Of a DNA stretch of 55,150 bases, positions 25,937 through 35,743 are shown piece by piece. The stretch is taken from assembly GCA_002728675.1 (NCBI GenBank), contig PBVL01000058.1:2232-57381 (forward strand). Direction: 5' to 3'. The notes beneath the pieces are model-generated. The model was not told the origin of the DNA. It saw nothing but the letters and a program-made list of their open reading frames with translations, and ran no database searches. Numbering within the stretch: position 1 is the first letter of the stretch; the number at the start of each line of letters is the position of its first letter. The DNA is from Gammaproteobacteria bacterium. Lineage in GTDB: Bacteria > Pseudomonadota > Gammaproteobacteria > Pseudomonadales > Azotimanducaceae. The position numbers were made by a program, and so were the translations under genes.

Positions 25937-27514
25937 ATGGACACCCTCTCCCACCAGGCACTGAAAGACAGACTGCTCGGCGACGCGGAATTCGCGTTGC
26001 TCGACGTGCGCGAGCAGGGCACGTTCTCGGAGTCCCACCTGCTGTTCGCCGTCTGTACTCCGCTCAGTCAGTTGGAACTGCTCCTGGGCGATCTCGTCCC
26101 GCGACGGACGACGGAGGCGATCGTCGTCGACGAGGCGGGCGCGGCTGACGGGTTCGGCGCGCGTGCCGTCGACCGACTGGCCTCGCTCGGCTACGCGCGC
26201 GTCGCGCTCCTCGAAGGCGGCATCCAGGGTTGGGCGAACGCGGGGTTCGAACTGTTCTCGGGCGTGAACGTCCCCAGCAAGGCGTTTGGTGAGTTTGTGG
26301 AACATACCTACGAGACGCCCCGCCTTGCCGCTGAAGAGGTCAAAGCGATGCTCGATGCCGGCCGCGACATGGTCATCGTCGATTCCCGCCCCTACTCCGA
26401 ATACCACCGCATGAGCATCCCGACGGGGATCGACATGCCCGGCGCCGAGCTTGCGTACCGAATTCACGATGTGGCTCCCAACCCCGAAACGTTTGTCGTC
26501 GTGAACTGTGCGGGTCGCACGCGTTCGATCATCGGTACCCAGAGCCTCATCAACGCGGGGATTCCCAATCCGGTGGCCGCCCTGAAGGACGGCACGATGG
26601 GTTGGCATCTTGCCGGCTTCGAAGTTGACCGGGGCGCCACGCGGGCAGCGCCAGCACCGACCGATGCAGGTTGCGAGAAGGCTCTTGCCGCGGCCGCGCG
26701 CGTGGCGGCGCGGTTCGAAGTACCCACCGTCGATCTCGACACCGCGCTCCACTGGTCCCGCGATGAGGACCGCACCACGTACCTGCTGGACGTTCGCTCT
26801 CCCGCTGAATACGTCGACGGCCACATGCCGGGGTGGCGTCACGCGCCCGGCGGCCAGCTCGTGCAGGCGACCGACGAATACATCGCGGTGAAAAACGCCC
26901 GGATCGTGCTGTGCGATGACGTGGGCGTACGCGCGACCATGACGGCCTCCTGGCTCATCCAGATGGGCTGGCCGGAGGTCCATGTACTCGAGGGTGGCCT
27001 CCGGGACGCCGGACTCGTCCAGGGTGACCATCGCCCAGTTGCCCTCGGTGAGCCAGCCATATCGACGGTCACCACATCGGAGCTGAGCGATGCGCTGACC
27101 CGCTACGCCGTCATCGACGTCGGCCCCAGCAATGCTTTCGCTGAGGCGCACATTCCCGGTGGAGCGTGGTCCGTCCGCTCCCGACTGGGCGAAGCGCTCG
27201 CGACAATTGGATCAGATCGGACAGTGGTACTGACGTCGACGGACGGCGGGCTGGCGGCCATCGCCGCGGGCGATCCCGCCTGTGCCGGCCGCGAGGTGCT
27301 GGCGCTCGAAGGTGGCACCGCACGCTGGCTCGACGAGGGCCGACGTGTCGAGAGTGGCCTCGACAGAGCTATCGGTCCGATCGACGACGTCTGGTACAAG
27401 CCGTACGAGCATCGTGGCGCCCAGGAGCGGTTCATGCGTGACTATCTGACGTGGGAAGTTGCGCTGGTTGCACAACTCGAACGCGACGGCACAACGCGAT
27501 TCCGTCAGTTCTGA
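25937..27514 (+). CDS. four-domain rhodanese-like sulfurtransferase
   Basis: ORF 25865-27514; ATG 25937 (MDTLSHQALKD...). Four rhodanese repeats: domains 2 and 3 carry active-site loops (VVNCAGRTRS, VLCDDVGVRAT), domains 1 and 4 lack the Cys. Confidence 0.85.
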   Translation: MDTLSHQALKDRLLGDAEFALLDVREQGTFSESHLLFAVCTPLSQLELLLGDLVPRRTTEAIVVDEAGAADGFGARAVDRLASLGYARVALLEGGIQGWANAGFELFSGVNVPSKAFGEFVEHTYETPRLAAEEVKAMLDAGRDMVIVDSRPYSEYHRMSIPTGIDMPGAELAYRIHDVAPNPETFVVVNCAGRTRSIIGTQSLINAGIPNPVAALKDGTMGWHLAGFEVDRGATRAAPAPTDAGCEKALAAAARVAARFEVPTVDLDTALHWSRDEDRTTYLLDVRSPAEYVDGHMPGWRHAPGGQLVQATDEYIAVKNARIVLCDDVGVRATMTASWLIQMGWPEVHVLEGGLRDAGLVQGDHRPVALGEPAISTVTTSELSDALTRYAVIDVGPSNAFAEAHIPGGAWSVRSRLGEALATIGSDRTVVLTSTDGGLAAIAAGDPACAGREVLALEGGTARWLDEGRRVESGLDRAIGPIDDVWYKPYEHRGAQERFMRDYLTWEVALVAQLERDGTTRFRQF

Positions 27515-27531
27515 GCGCCGTGCGGTCGGCT

Positions 27532-28068
27532 CTAGCCTGACCGTGCGCTGCCGGCACCGACACTTTCGATTTCGCGCAGCGTGCCCGCTTCGGGATCGAA
27601 GACCCGGCGCGCCTCTCCGCTCATCTCGACGCCGGTGACCCGCACGAAGCGCGCGCCCGCACCGTACTCGATGGAGTGGATATCCCGGACGTCGAACAGC
27701 CCGGCATCGCCCGCGTTAAGGCGGAACTCGCGTTCCGGCTCGAGACCGCACCCCGTTTCCTTCCAGACGGTCATGTCGGTGTAACCCACGGCCTGCCCGT
27801 AAACCGCCCAGGACCTGCCGTGGTCGTGGGGCGGCGACTTGCGCGGTTCGGTCATGTTGTAGGCGAGCACGCAGAAGCCGGTTGCCTCGTCTTCGTAGAT
27901 CTGACGCATGCCCCGTGGCGCATCGTCGCTGACGTACTCCGCGCAGAATGCGTCGTCGGTCAGCAGTTGCTCGAGCCTGGCGCGAACTGCCTCGCGGCCC
28001 CGGGCCGAGTCGTCGGCACTCAGAATCTCACGTGCGTCGCTGCAGAAGTCAGCTAACAGATAGGCCAT
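27532..28068 (-). CDS. cupin, cysteine-dioxygenase type I-like (COG5553-type)
   Basis: 178-aa ORF. SPPHDHGRSWAVYGQAVG metal-binding HxH motif and a later IHSIE His, in the CDO-like arrangement. Confidence 0.7.
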   Translation of the reverse strand: MAYLLADFCSDAREILSADDSARGREAVRARLEQLLTDDAFCAEYVSDDAPRGMRQIYEDEATGFCVLAYNMTEPRKSPPHDHGRSWAVYGQAVGYTDMTVWKETGCGLEPEREFRLNAGDAGLFDVRDIHSIEYGAGARFVRVTGVEMSGEARRVFDPEAGTLREIESVGAGSARSG

Positions 28069-28124
28069 ATCGCCGCGTCCTCACCATCAGAGATGACTAT
28101 GCAGTCTCGCACCCCGTGCCGCAA

Positions 28125-29027
28125 TCAGTCTTTGCCAACCGCTTCGCGGTAGGGCCCCATGTCCATCCCGGGGAAACGCCCACCCACCCCGTCGAGCGTC
28201 TCATCGGTCCAGTAGTCGTGCCCCGGCTCGGGAAAGCCAATGGACGTCCGTTCTTCGACGGAAGCACGCTCAATCCACGCCCTGAACTCGCGTTTTCCCG
28301 CCGAGACCGGCCAACCGACGATGCCGGCCCAACGACACGCCTTTGGCGCGTAGGTGACGAACATTCCGAGTCTGCCGTGGTTCTCCCCAAGGATGGCGGT
28401 ACCACGGTGGAACGTGCGCATGCTGTAGATCAGCAGACTGCCGGCAGGCACGGTGACCTTGACTTCGTTGTCGTACAGTTCCGGGCGATCTTCTTTTGTC
28501 CAGTGCGACGGCACGAGAATGCGTTCCGGGTAATGCTTCCACGAGCAGACCGCGGTCGGCCCCGACTCGAGCGTCACGTCCGTAAAGTAATAGAGGTACG
28601 CCGTTTGCCAGTACTTCGGCACGTTGGGCGGATAAGCCAGCGTATGGTTCGAGTAGTCGAGGTGATGCGCCTGCTCGAAGTTGGCCTGGCCGCTCGCCTT
28701 GTAGGTCAGATGCGACTGCTCACAGTACATTTCCTCCCCCTCACCCATGAGCGTCGCAAAACGCCGCAGTTCCGGGTGGAAGGTCAGATCATTCAGCACG
28801 TCACCCTTGTACGGAAAATGCGGGATTCCACGCTGATCCGGGAACGGCTTGCCGTAGTACTCGGGCCTGGGCGCTGAGCCAGGGTCAGCCGCAAAGTCGA
28901 CCCAACCGGGCACCACTTCATCGAAGTTCGCAAGGGCCGCTTTGATCACGTCCGGATCACAGAACCGCTCCACGATCGCATAGCCGTGCTCGCGGTAGTG
29001 CGCCTCGTGTTCCGCAGTGATCTTCAT
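28125..29027 (-). CDS. phytanoyl-CoA dioxygenase (PhyH) family Fe(II)/2-oxoglutarate oxygenase
   Basis: 300-aa ORF. N-terminal Y.E.GY.IVE.F pattern, HLDY (HxD) and C-terminal TFHRGT (His/Arg) motifs. Confidence 0.8.
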   Translation of the reverse strand: MKITAEHEAHYREHGYAIVERFCDPDVIKAALANFDEVVPGWVDFAADPGSAPRPEYYGKPFPDQRGIPHFPYKGDVLNDLTFHPELRRFATLMGEGEEMYCEQSHLTYKASGQANFEQAHHLDYSNHTLAYPPNVPKYWQTAYLYYFTDVTLESGPTAVCSWKHYPERILVPSHWTKEDRPELYDNEVKVTVPAGSLLIYSMRTFHRGTAILGENHGRLGMFVTYAPKACRWAGIVGWPVSAGKREFRAWIERASVEERTSIGFPEPGHDYWTDETLDGVGGRFPGMDMGPYREAVGKD

Positions 29028-29082
29028 CCGGTGACTCTCTCAGGCAATGGGTTCAAGGACGGGACCTGCGCATTGGCCGCGC

Positions 29083-29877
29083 TCAGGTACCCGTGAAGTT
29101 GCCGACCCGACGCTCGGCGACCGCTTTCACACCTTCCTTGTGATCGTTGGTCTGCTGGCACATGAACTGGTCGCGCCCCTCCTGGTTCGTCGCGAGCCGC
29201 ACCTGCTCGGCGATGTCGCCACGCATTGCCGCACGCAATGTCTTGAGCGCGATCGGCGCGTTCTCGGCAATCTCCTGCGCGAACGCAATTGCGGCCTCAC
29301 GGACCTGTTCCTGCGGGACGATACGGTCGAGGATGCCCATCGACTTCGCTTCTTCACCGCCGACCCGGCGCCCGGTGTAGAAGAGATCCAGCGCATTCTG
29401 CTGACCGATGATGCGCGCCAGCGTGTAGGTCAGACCGAAACCGGGCGTGAACCCGAGCTTCACGAAGTTGGCGGTGAACCGCGACTCAGGGCAGCCCACG
29501 CGGAAGTCCGGGAACATCGCGAGACCGAAGCCACCACCCACCGCGGCGCCCTGCACGGCAGCCACGACCTGTTTCTTGCTGCTGAACAGCCGCACGGCCT
29601 CGACATAGAGCGGGTTCGGCTCATCCGGGTTGCGATCCGCGCGCGCAGCGTTGTCCCGCCCGGAACCGCCGAAGTTGGCGCCCGCACAGAAATGTTTGCC
29701 TTGCGAGGCGAGCACGATCACACGCACAGAAGGATCGTCGTCCATCTCGTGGAACAGATCCGCCAGATCACAAATCAGGTCCTGGTCGAAGAAGTTGTTC
29801 GGCCCGCGCTGGATTTCAACAAGCGCAACGTGCCCGCCCGCGTCCGTGACCTGAACGTCACCTACTTTCTTTTCCAT
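29083..29877 (-). CDS. enoyl-CoA hydratase/isomerase (crotonase) family
   Basis: 264-aa ORF. HFCAGANF oxyanion-hole region and AAVQGAAVGGGFGLA motif. Confidence 0.85.
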   Translation of the reverse strand: MEKKVGDVQVTDAGGHVALVEIQRGPNNFFDQDLICDLADLFHEMDDDPSVRVIVLASQGKHFCAGANFGGSGRDNAARADRNPDEPNPLYVEAVRLFSSKKQVVAAVQGAAVGGGFGLAMFPDFRVGCPESRFTANFVKLGFTPGFGLTYTLARIIGQQNALDLFYTGRRVGGEEAKSMGILDRIVPQEQVREAAIAFAQEIAENAPIALKTLRAAMRGDIAEQVRLATNQEGRDQFMCQQTNDHKEGVKAVAERRVGNFTGT

Positions 29878-29970
29878 ACTGTCCTCGACTGTCCTTGCAG
29901 TGTGATTTGCGGCCGATCATGCGGCCCGCGCTGGCGCTGATAGTACACGCCGAACTGAACGCATATCTGG

Positions 29971-30711
29971 TTATTCCGGCTTCCTGAACCGGAACGTAAA
30001 CCGGTCGGTCTCGCCGATCGCCTTGTACCTGTCCTCATCACCCGACTGCATGAAGGGCGGCAGCGACCACACCCCGTCGGGGTGATCCGTGTCGTCCGCG
30101 GGATTCGCGTTGATCTCACTCGTCTCTTCGAGAACAAACCCGGCGCGTTCGCCAATCTCCTTGCAGTATGCCTCGGTGACGTAGCCCGTCTTGTGCATCG
30201 AGTCCATGTCGGCATCCGGCTTTGCGCGGTGCTCCACCACACCCAGCACGCCGCCCGGCTTCAGCGCCTTGAAGAAGGCCGCGAAGTACTCGTGCTCCTG
30301 GTCTGCCATGATCCAGTTGTGGACGTTTCTGAACGTCAGCGCGAGATCCACTGAAGCTTCCGGCGCAATGCTGACCTCATGCGGTGGATTGATGTGCCGG
30401 ACCGTGACCTTGCCGAAAATCTCCGGGCGCTTGTGGATCCGTTTTTCCCACATTTCGAGCACCGCCGGCATGTAGGGCAGGATGCCGTCGGGGGAAAAGT
30501 GCGCGACATAAAGGCGCCCCTGCTCCGCCAGGTACGGCGCAAGAATCTCCGTATACCAGCCGAGCGCAGGAAGGATCTCGAGCACCGTCATGTCCGGCTT
30601 CAGGCCGAAGAACTCCAGCGTCTCGACGGGATGCCGCGCAGCGTTGCGCTCTGCATTCCCACGACCACGGTGCTCCGCGGTGATCAGCGCTTCGAGGTTT
30701 GGATCGGCCAT
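29971..30711 (-). CDS. class I SAM-dependent methyltransferase (COG4798-like)
   Basis: 246-aa ORF. R.P.ETLEFFGLKPDMTVLEILPALGWYTEILAPYL matches the predicted-methyltransferase family pattern. Confidence 0.7.
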   Translation of the reverse strand: MADPNLEALITAEHRGRGNAERNAARHPVETLEFFGLKPDMTVLEILPALGWYTEILAPYLAEQGRLYVAHFSPDGILPYMPAVLEMWEKRIHKRPEIFGKVTVRHINPPHEVSIAPEASVDLALTFRNVHNWIMADQEHEYFAAFFKALKPGGVLGVVEHRAKPDADMDSMHKTGYVTEAYCKEIGERAGFVLEETSEINANPADDTDHPDGVWSLPPFMQSGDEDRYKAIGETDRFTFRFRKPE

Positions 30712-30948
30712 GGTCGGTTCTCTTTCGGAGGAAAGCAGCGATCCTACCGGTTTTGCTGCCGGTACGCGTCAAGCTTCAGTAAGACTGCTCCATTGCGGAT
30801 TTGCCCCTCTTCACGACCCCGGCGGGATCTCGCCGAACATCGCCAGGGCGCCCGAGCCCGAAACGCAAGCCTGTTCCCGCGCGGCCCGGCCGGGATCGCG
30901 GTTCGCCGCAGGCACACCCGCCTGGATGAGCAGATGCAATCGCGGCGC

Positions 30949-32277
30949 TCACGCGTCCCCGTTCGCAGATGCGGCGAGAACTGCCGCTTCGACATCCTGG
31001 CGCGGTTCTCCGGCCTCGTCGTCACACAGCATCTTCACGACGTCCCTCAACTCACGCGGCGTGAGAGCAGCATGCACCCGGCTTGCGCCAGCAAACGCAT
31101 CCGCCGACTCGACTTTGTCGTCTCTCGCCCGCAGGTCCCGCACGAACGACGGGACGATGCAGGTCAGCATCGCCCAGCGCTCTGCACCGGATACGTTCAG
31201 CTCGGGTGGCGCCCGGTGGTAGGTGCGCGAGTCGTAGAGGATCCCCGAACCCGCGGGGAACGACACCTGCACCACGTCCTTGAACGGGCCCTCGCCGGCA
31301 ACGGTCGGCACGGCGTTCAGTTCGGTCGGCGGCGGCCCGTCAAACTCGTGTGAACCGAGCACGAACTGCGTGGCGCCCGTCTCGGGAGTGAAGTCCGTCA
31401 GGGCAATGTTGAACTGCATGCCGAGCCGGGAGGTGCGCTGTTTCCAGTCCGGATACCTCGCCGAGATGGAGGCGTCGAGCTTCTCGAACTCTTCAGGGCC
31501 GAGCGCGCTGGTGTGGGCCTCGACCTCGCTCGTGAGCGGATACGGATAATCGGAGTGCCAGCCGCCCGGCATGACCTCAGCGAACTCACCGGTCTTCTCG
31601 GCGGGCCTCAGGATCGAGAACCCCGGGCACTGGCAGTAGTGAATCGAATCGACACCCAGGTAACTTTCAATCAGCCAGAGCGAAATCGGGTGCATCAGCG
31701 CCTGGGCGACCGCCGGGGTCATGCCGAGGAAACTTTCACCTTCACGCATCAGCGCGCGGGGCCGGATGACATTGTCGTTGGACCGGTAGGGGCGCTCGTC
31801 CTGGAGCGCCTTCACCCGGGCTTCCTTCTCGGCGTTGTCCTCGCGCACCTTTGTGATGTTCGCGACGAGGTTCGACACCATGGCCTCACTCATCACGTTC
31901 TCCACGACTGTCCAGCCCTGGGACTCGAGTTCGGCAAGGTACGCAGACGGCAGCCGCAGTGGTGCCTCCCGCGCAAAGAAGACGCGCTCTCCCGGCAGCT
32001 CAGCCGCGTCGGATCCTACCTCGTATTTCCTGGGAACCATCCGGCTCGCACCCGGGCCGAACGCTGCGTCGATCTTGTCCGCTTCGCTGGCGCTCATCGG
32101 CGCTCCGGAAGGCTCCGCGGCCACCTCGCGGCCCGTCGATGCATTCCTAAGGAGCGCGTCCCCCGCCCACTCCCACACGCAGCTGTCGTCGCATCGCGGA
32201 CGGAGCACCAACGTCTGCCCCGCATCGGACAGGTGGAGTCCGGTGGACTCGCCCACCAGTAGAATGTAGCCGTGCAT
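30949..32277 (-). CDS. PhyH-like Fe(II)/2OG dioxygenase with an extra N-terminal region of about 190 aa
   Basis: 442-aa ORF. GGWHSDYPY (HxD), TGATQFVLGSH and YDSRTYHRAP motifs in the C-terminal two-thirds. The N-terminal part is unassigned. Confidence 0.65.
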   Translation of the reverse strand: MHGYILLVGESTGLHLSDAGQTLVLRPRCDDSCVWEWAGDALLRNASTGREVAAEPSGAPMSASEADKIDAAFGPGASRMVPRKYEVGSDAAELPGERVFFAREAPLRLPSAYLAELESQGWTVVENVMSEAMVSNLVANITKVREDNAEKEARVKALQDERPYRSNDNVIRPRALMREGESFLGMTPAVAQALMHPISLWLIESYLGVDSIHYCQCPGFSILRPAEKTGEFAEVMPGGWHSDYPYPLTSEVEAHTSALGPEEFEKLDASISARYPDWKQRTSRLGMQFNIALTDFTPETGATQFVLGSHEFDGPPPTELNAVPTVAGEGPFKDVVQVSFPAGSGILYDSRTYHRAPPELNVSGAERWAMLTCIVPSFVRDLRARDDKVESADAFAGASRVHAALTPRELRDVVKMLCDDEAGEPRQDVEAAVLAASANGDA

Positions 32278-32341
32278 GGGGACCTCACTTGGATGCGATG
32301 CACAAGCTTACCGGGTCGGCGCCGCCCGCGCTGCGATGGGG

Positions 32342-32910
32342 TCAGGTGACCGTAAACTGACCCATCATGCCCATGTCCTCATGTTCGAGGATGTGGCAGT
32401 GAACCATGTACGGAAAGTCGCGGTCGCCGGGTGATCGAAACGGACCATGAATGTCGTACGCCCCCTGTCGCTGACCCGGACCGTGTCTTTCCAGCCGCAA
32501 TCCGCCTCAGTCACGGGCTGGCCGTCCCTCGACACGACCAGAAACGAGCACCCGTGGACGTGGAACGGGTGAATGCGCCGGTCTGCGTCGACTTCCCACA
32601 GCTCCCACTCACCGAGTGGCACCCGCTCGTTGATGACTCGCATGTTCATGGGCTGGCCGTTGATCCCCATCGACCTGTGCAGGGAGTGTCCCCCTGCAGA
32701 ACCGGTATTGTGCCTGCGCCGATCCCGTTCGCCGCGATCCCTGCGCCCGCTGCGGCCAGCCTGCATGTTGAGTGTGAACGTGCGGCGGTGCCAGGCTGCG
32801 GTAGGGTTCGGGCGCGCGACCTCCCCCAGTTGCCGGGGCAGTTCACGGACCGACGGCAGTTGCGGGTCCGCGCGCAGGGTGAGGACCTCGAATGCATCGC
32901 CAAGCCCGTT
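32342..32910 (-). pseudogene. multicopper oxidase (CueO-like) remnant: 5'-truncated and frameshifted
   Basis: Track ORF 32365-33084 encodes GDAFEVLTL...INGQPMNM...HPFHVHGCSF...GWKDTV...VRFDHPA. The type-1/type-3 copper motif PYMVHCHILEHEDMGMMGQFTVT* continues in another frame (stop at 32342-32344). About 280 N-terminal residues expected for CueO are absent. Confidence 0.6.
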
Positions 32911-32923
32911 CGCCGAGCGGTCA

Positions 32924-33241
32924 TCACTGCGATCGCGATCGCCTCCGTGAAGGTCTCGGGTCGTCAGAGACAGCCCCGCGGACCACCCGCATTGGCCCGC
33001 GAAAGAGCACGACGCGCGAGCCCGCGCCCAGCGTACCGGACATGAGAGCCTGGCCCCGGGCAAAGAGCTGTGCGACATATGCACGATGGGCTTCGGCGCC
33101 CTGCTGCGTGTCGAACAGGCGCCCTTCCACCCAATTCGGACCGGGCTCGAAGTCGACGAGGTACTAGGTCTCTTGCGCTATCGCGGTCGGCCCGGCCAGC
33201 GCAACCACCAGGACCACGAGGGCGGTGAGGCAGCCGCGCAC
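32924..33241 (-). pseudogene. YciI-like (DGPF-domain) ORF interrupted by an in-frame TAG after a signal-peptide-like segment
   Basis: A GTG at 33241 (2 nt after the upstream stop) gives VRGCLTALVVLVVALAGPTAIAQET-TAG(33164-33166)-YLVDFEPGPNWVEGRLFDTQQGAEAHRAYVAQLFARGQALMSGTLGAG.RVVLF..., the YciI-like pattern. The C-terminus runs into the oxidase remnant. Confidence 0.45.
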
Positions 33242-33243
33242 GA

Positions 33244-34791
33244 TCAGACGGCCGCCGGGCCGGGAAACTGCTCGCGCAGTACCCGTTTCAGCACCTTCCC
33301 GCTCGGGTTCCGCGGAATGGTCTCGATGAACGTCGCGCCTTTCGGCAGCTTGAAGCGTGCCAGCTTGCCGTCACAGTGTTTCAGGATGTCACCTTCGGCG
33401 AGGTCCGGGTTCTTGCTCACGACGATGGCAAACGGCGACTCGCCCCAACGCTCGCTCGGCTGACCGATGACCGCCACTTCGGCCACATCCGGGTGCGCGA
33501 GGATCACGTTCTCGATCTCCGCCGGGTAGACGTTCTCGCCGCCGGAGATGATCATGTCCTTGATGCGGTCCTGGATGTAGATGAAGCCGTCTTCGTCCTC
33601 GCTCGCTACATCCCCGGTGCGCAGCCAACCGTCGACAATTGTCTCGGCGGTTGCGTCCGGTCGATTCCAGTACTCCAGCATGATGTGCGGACCCTTGACC
33701 CACACCTCACCCTGTTCCCCCGGATCACAGCGCGTCTCGTCCTCCCGGACAACCTGGACTTCCGTGTGGAAGAATGCGCGCCCCGTGGATCCGATCTTCC
33801 TGAGCGCGTTCTCCGCGTCGATCACGCACGCCGGGCCGCAGGTTTCGGTGAGCCCATAGATCTGGTGAACCTCGATCCCGATCCTGTCGTACGCCTCGAT
33901 CAGATTCACCGGCAATGGCGACGCCCCAGACTGAATCCACCGCAGCAAGGAAAAGTCGAAGCGATCGAGTTCGGGTACCTGGATCATGAAATTCAACATG
34001 GCGGGCACGAGGAGGGCCGCCGTGATCTTCTCTTCCCCCATCAGCTCCCACGCCCGCACCGGATCGAACTCGCGCATGACGATACTGGTCACGCCCCGGT
34101 AAACATTGAGCGTGATCGGCGTGAGCGAACCGACGTGGAACATCGGCAGCGCGCCAAGGTATCGGTCGCCGTCGCGAAGGTCCGACGTGATTGCAAACGT
34201 CAGAAGCGCCCAGAGCGTCGTGTTGTGTGAATGCACCACACCTTTCGGCAATCCGGTCGTCCCGGACGTGTACATGATGTAAAGCAGGTCGTCGTCACAG
34301 GCAACAATCTCAGGTTCCGCGTCCGACGCGGCATCGCGGAGTGCCTCGTAGTCGGACGAAAAGTGTGTCTCGCCCTTGCCGCCCTCCGCCATCTGAATGA
34401 ACGTCCCGAGATCGGTCTTGTCGCCGCGCCCGTGCAGGTCGATCACGACGTCGATGAACTCTTTGCCGAAGATCAGCGTCTGCGCGCCGCTGTCCCTGAG
34501 GATGAATTCCAGTTCATCGGCCACCAGGCGCCAGTTCAGAGGCACCACCACGCCGCCAAGCTTGGCGATCGCAAAGTAGGACTCGATGAACTCGGCGCTG
34601 TTCATCATCAGCAGGGCAACCCGGTCCCCTTGCTTCACGCTGGACGCGGCAAGCGCGTTGGCCACGCGGTTGGACCGATCGTTCAGCTCAGTGAACGTCA
34701 GGCGCAACCCCGACTTGCTGTCTACATACGCCTCCCGTGTCGGCGACAGGACAGCACGTTTGGTGAGAAACAGCCCAATATTGGTTTTCAT
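33244..34791 (-). CDS. AMP-dependent acyl-CoA synthetase (medium/long-chain fatty acid-CoA ligase)
   Basis: 515-aa ORF. MYTSGTTGLPKGVVHSH, GYGLTE-like IYGLTET, and the C-terminal GKVLKR motif. Confidence 0.9.
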   Translation of the reverse strand: MKTNIGLFLTKRAVLSPTREAYVDSKSGLRLTFTELNDRSNRVANALAASSVKQGDRVALLMMNSAEFIESYFAIAKLGGVVVPLNWRLVADELEFILRDSGAQTLIFGKEFIDVVIDLHGRGDKTDLGTFIQMAEGGKGETHFSSDYEALRDAASDAEPEIVACDDDLLYIMYTSGTTGLPKGVVHSHNTTLWALLTFAITSDLRDGDRYLGALPMFHVGSLTPITLNVYRGVTSIVMREFDPVRAWELMGEEKITAALLVPAMLNFMIQVPELDRFDFSLLRWIQSGASPLPVNLIEAYDRIGIEVHQIYGLTETCGPACVIDAENALRKIGSTGRAFFHTEVQVVREDETRCDPGEQGEVWVKGPHIMLEYWNRPDATAETIVDGWLRTGDVASEDEDGFIYIQDRIKDMIISGGENVYPAEIENVILAHPDVAEVAVIGQPSERWGESPFAIVVSKNPDLAEGDILKHCDGKLARFKLPKGATFIETIPRNPSGKVLKRVLREQFPGPAAV

Positions 34792-34845
34792 GTCCTTGCT
34801 CCTTCGCGCACTCGGTCACTCTGTCTGGACAAGACGGGTGCGAAC

Positions 34846-35649
34846 CTAATTGCCTGTAAAGGTCGGCTTGCGCTTCTCGAGGAACGCTTCCCGCTGTTCT
34901 TTCATGTCGTGCGGCGCACGAGTGGCGTGAGACAGGCCGACCGTCTCGTTGCGCAGCGCCCGATGGAAATCCAGATCCTGATTTTGCTGCAGCGTTCGCT
35001 TGCCTGATCGGATCGCCATTGGCGGCAGGGCGCAGATCATCGCTGCCGTTTCCCTTGCCGCGGTCATCACCTCGTCCGGCTCAACGAGCCTGTCGAGCAG
35101 GCCAAGCCGATACGCTTCTTCGCCATAGACGTCGCGGCTCGTGAAAATCAGATCCGCGGCGCGGCCGTAGCCAATGAGGCGCGGCAAAAAGTATGACATC
35201 CCGGTATCGGGCGACAGGCCGCGCTCGGCAAACACCGTCTTGAAGCGGGAGTTCGTGGAACCCACACGAATGTCGCACGCAAGCGAGACGCTCATTCCCG
35301 CACCCGCGGCAACGCCGTTCATGGCGGCAATGGTCGGGACACCAACTTCGTAGACCGCGGTGGCCAGCTTGCCAACCCAGCCATACTGATCGAGTCGATT
35401 GTTCTGAGACGGCACTTCGGGTTCCACAGCGGGCTCGGGCCTCGCACCGACGTCGGCGCCGGAACAGAAGCCGCGCCCGGCTCCGGTGATGATGACGGCG
35501 CGGATGTCGTCGTTGGAATGGATGTGGTCGGTGACTGCGTAGAGATCCTCGCGCAACCCCGCGGACAGCGCGTTCAGGCGGTCAGGCCGATTGAGCGTGA
35601 CGGTCGCGACATGCGCGTCCGTCTCGAAAAGGAGGTTCTCGAAATTCAT
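34846..35649 (-). CDS. enoyl-CoA hydratase/isomerase family
   Basis: 267-aa ORF. GFCSGADV and AAMNGVAAGAGMSVSLACD crotonase motifs. Confidence 0.9.
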   Translation of the reverse strand: MNFENLLFETDAHVATVTLNRPDRLNALSAGLREDLYAVTDHIHSNDDIRAVIITGAGRGFCSGADVGARPEPAVEPEVPSQNNRLDQYGWVGKLATAVYEVGVPTIAAMNGVAAGAGMSVSLACDIRVGSTNSRFKTVFAERGLSPDTGMSYFLPRLIGYGRAADLIFTSRDVYGEEAYRLGLLDRLVEPDEVMTAARETAAMICALPPMAIRSGKRTLQQNQDLDFHRALRNETVGLSHATRAPHDMKEQREAFLEKRKPTFTGN

Positions 35650-35743
35650 GGGCGGTGTTCCAGGCTCTGCTCAGAGCCGGGATAGTCACACAAAATGCCG
35701 GAGCGACCAACGCTCGAACGCAGTGAGGTGACGGCGGCGCGGT

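Noticed and set aside
33164-33166. In-frame TAG as pyrrolysine or programmed read-through
   Set aside because: There is no pyl genes context. The gene is adjacent to another clearly broken gene, and the ORF's C-terminus is also disrupted. Pseudogenisation is the simpler explanation.
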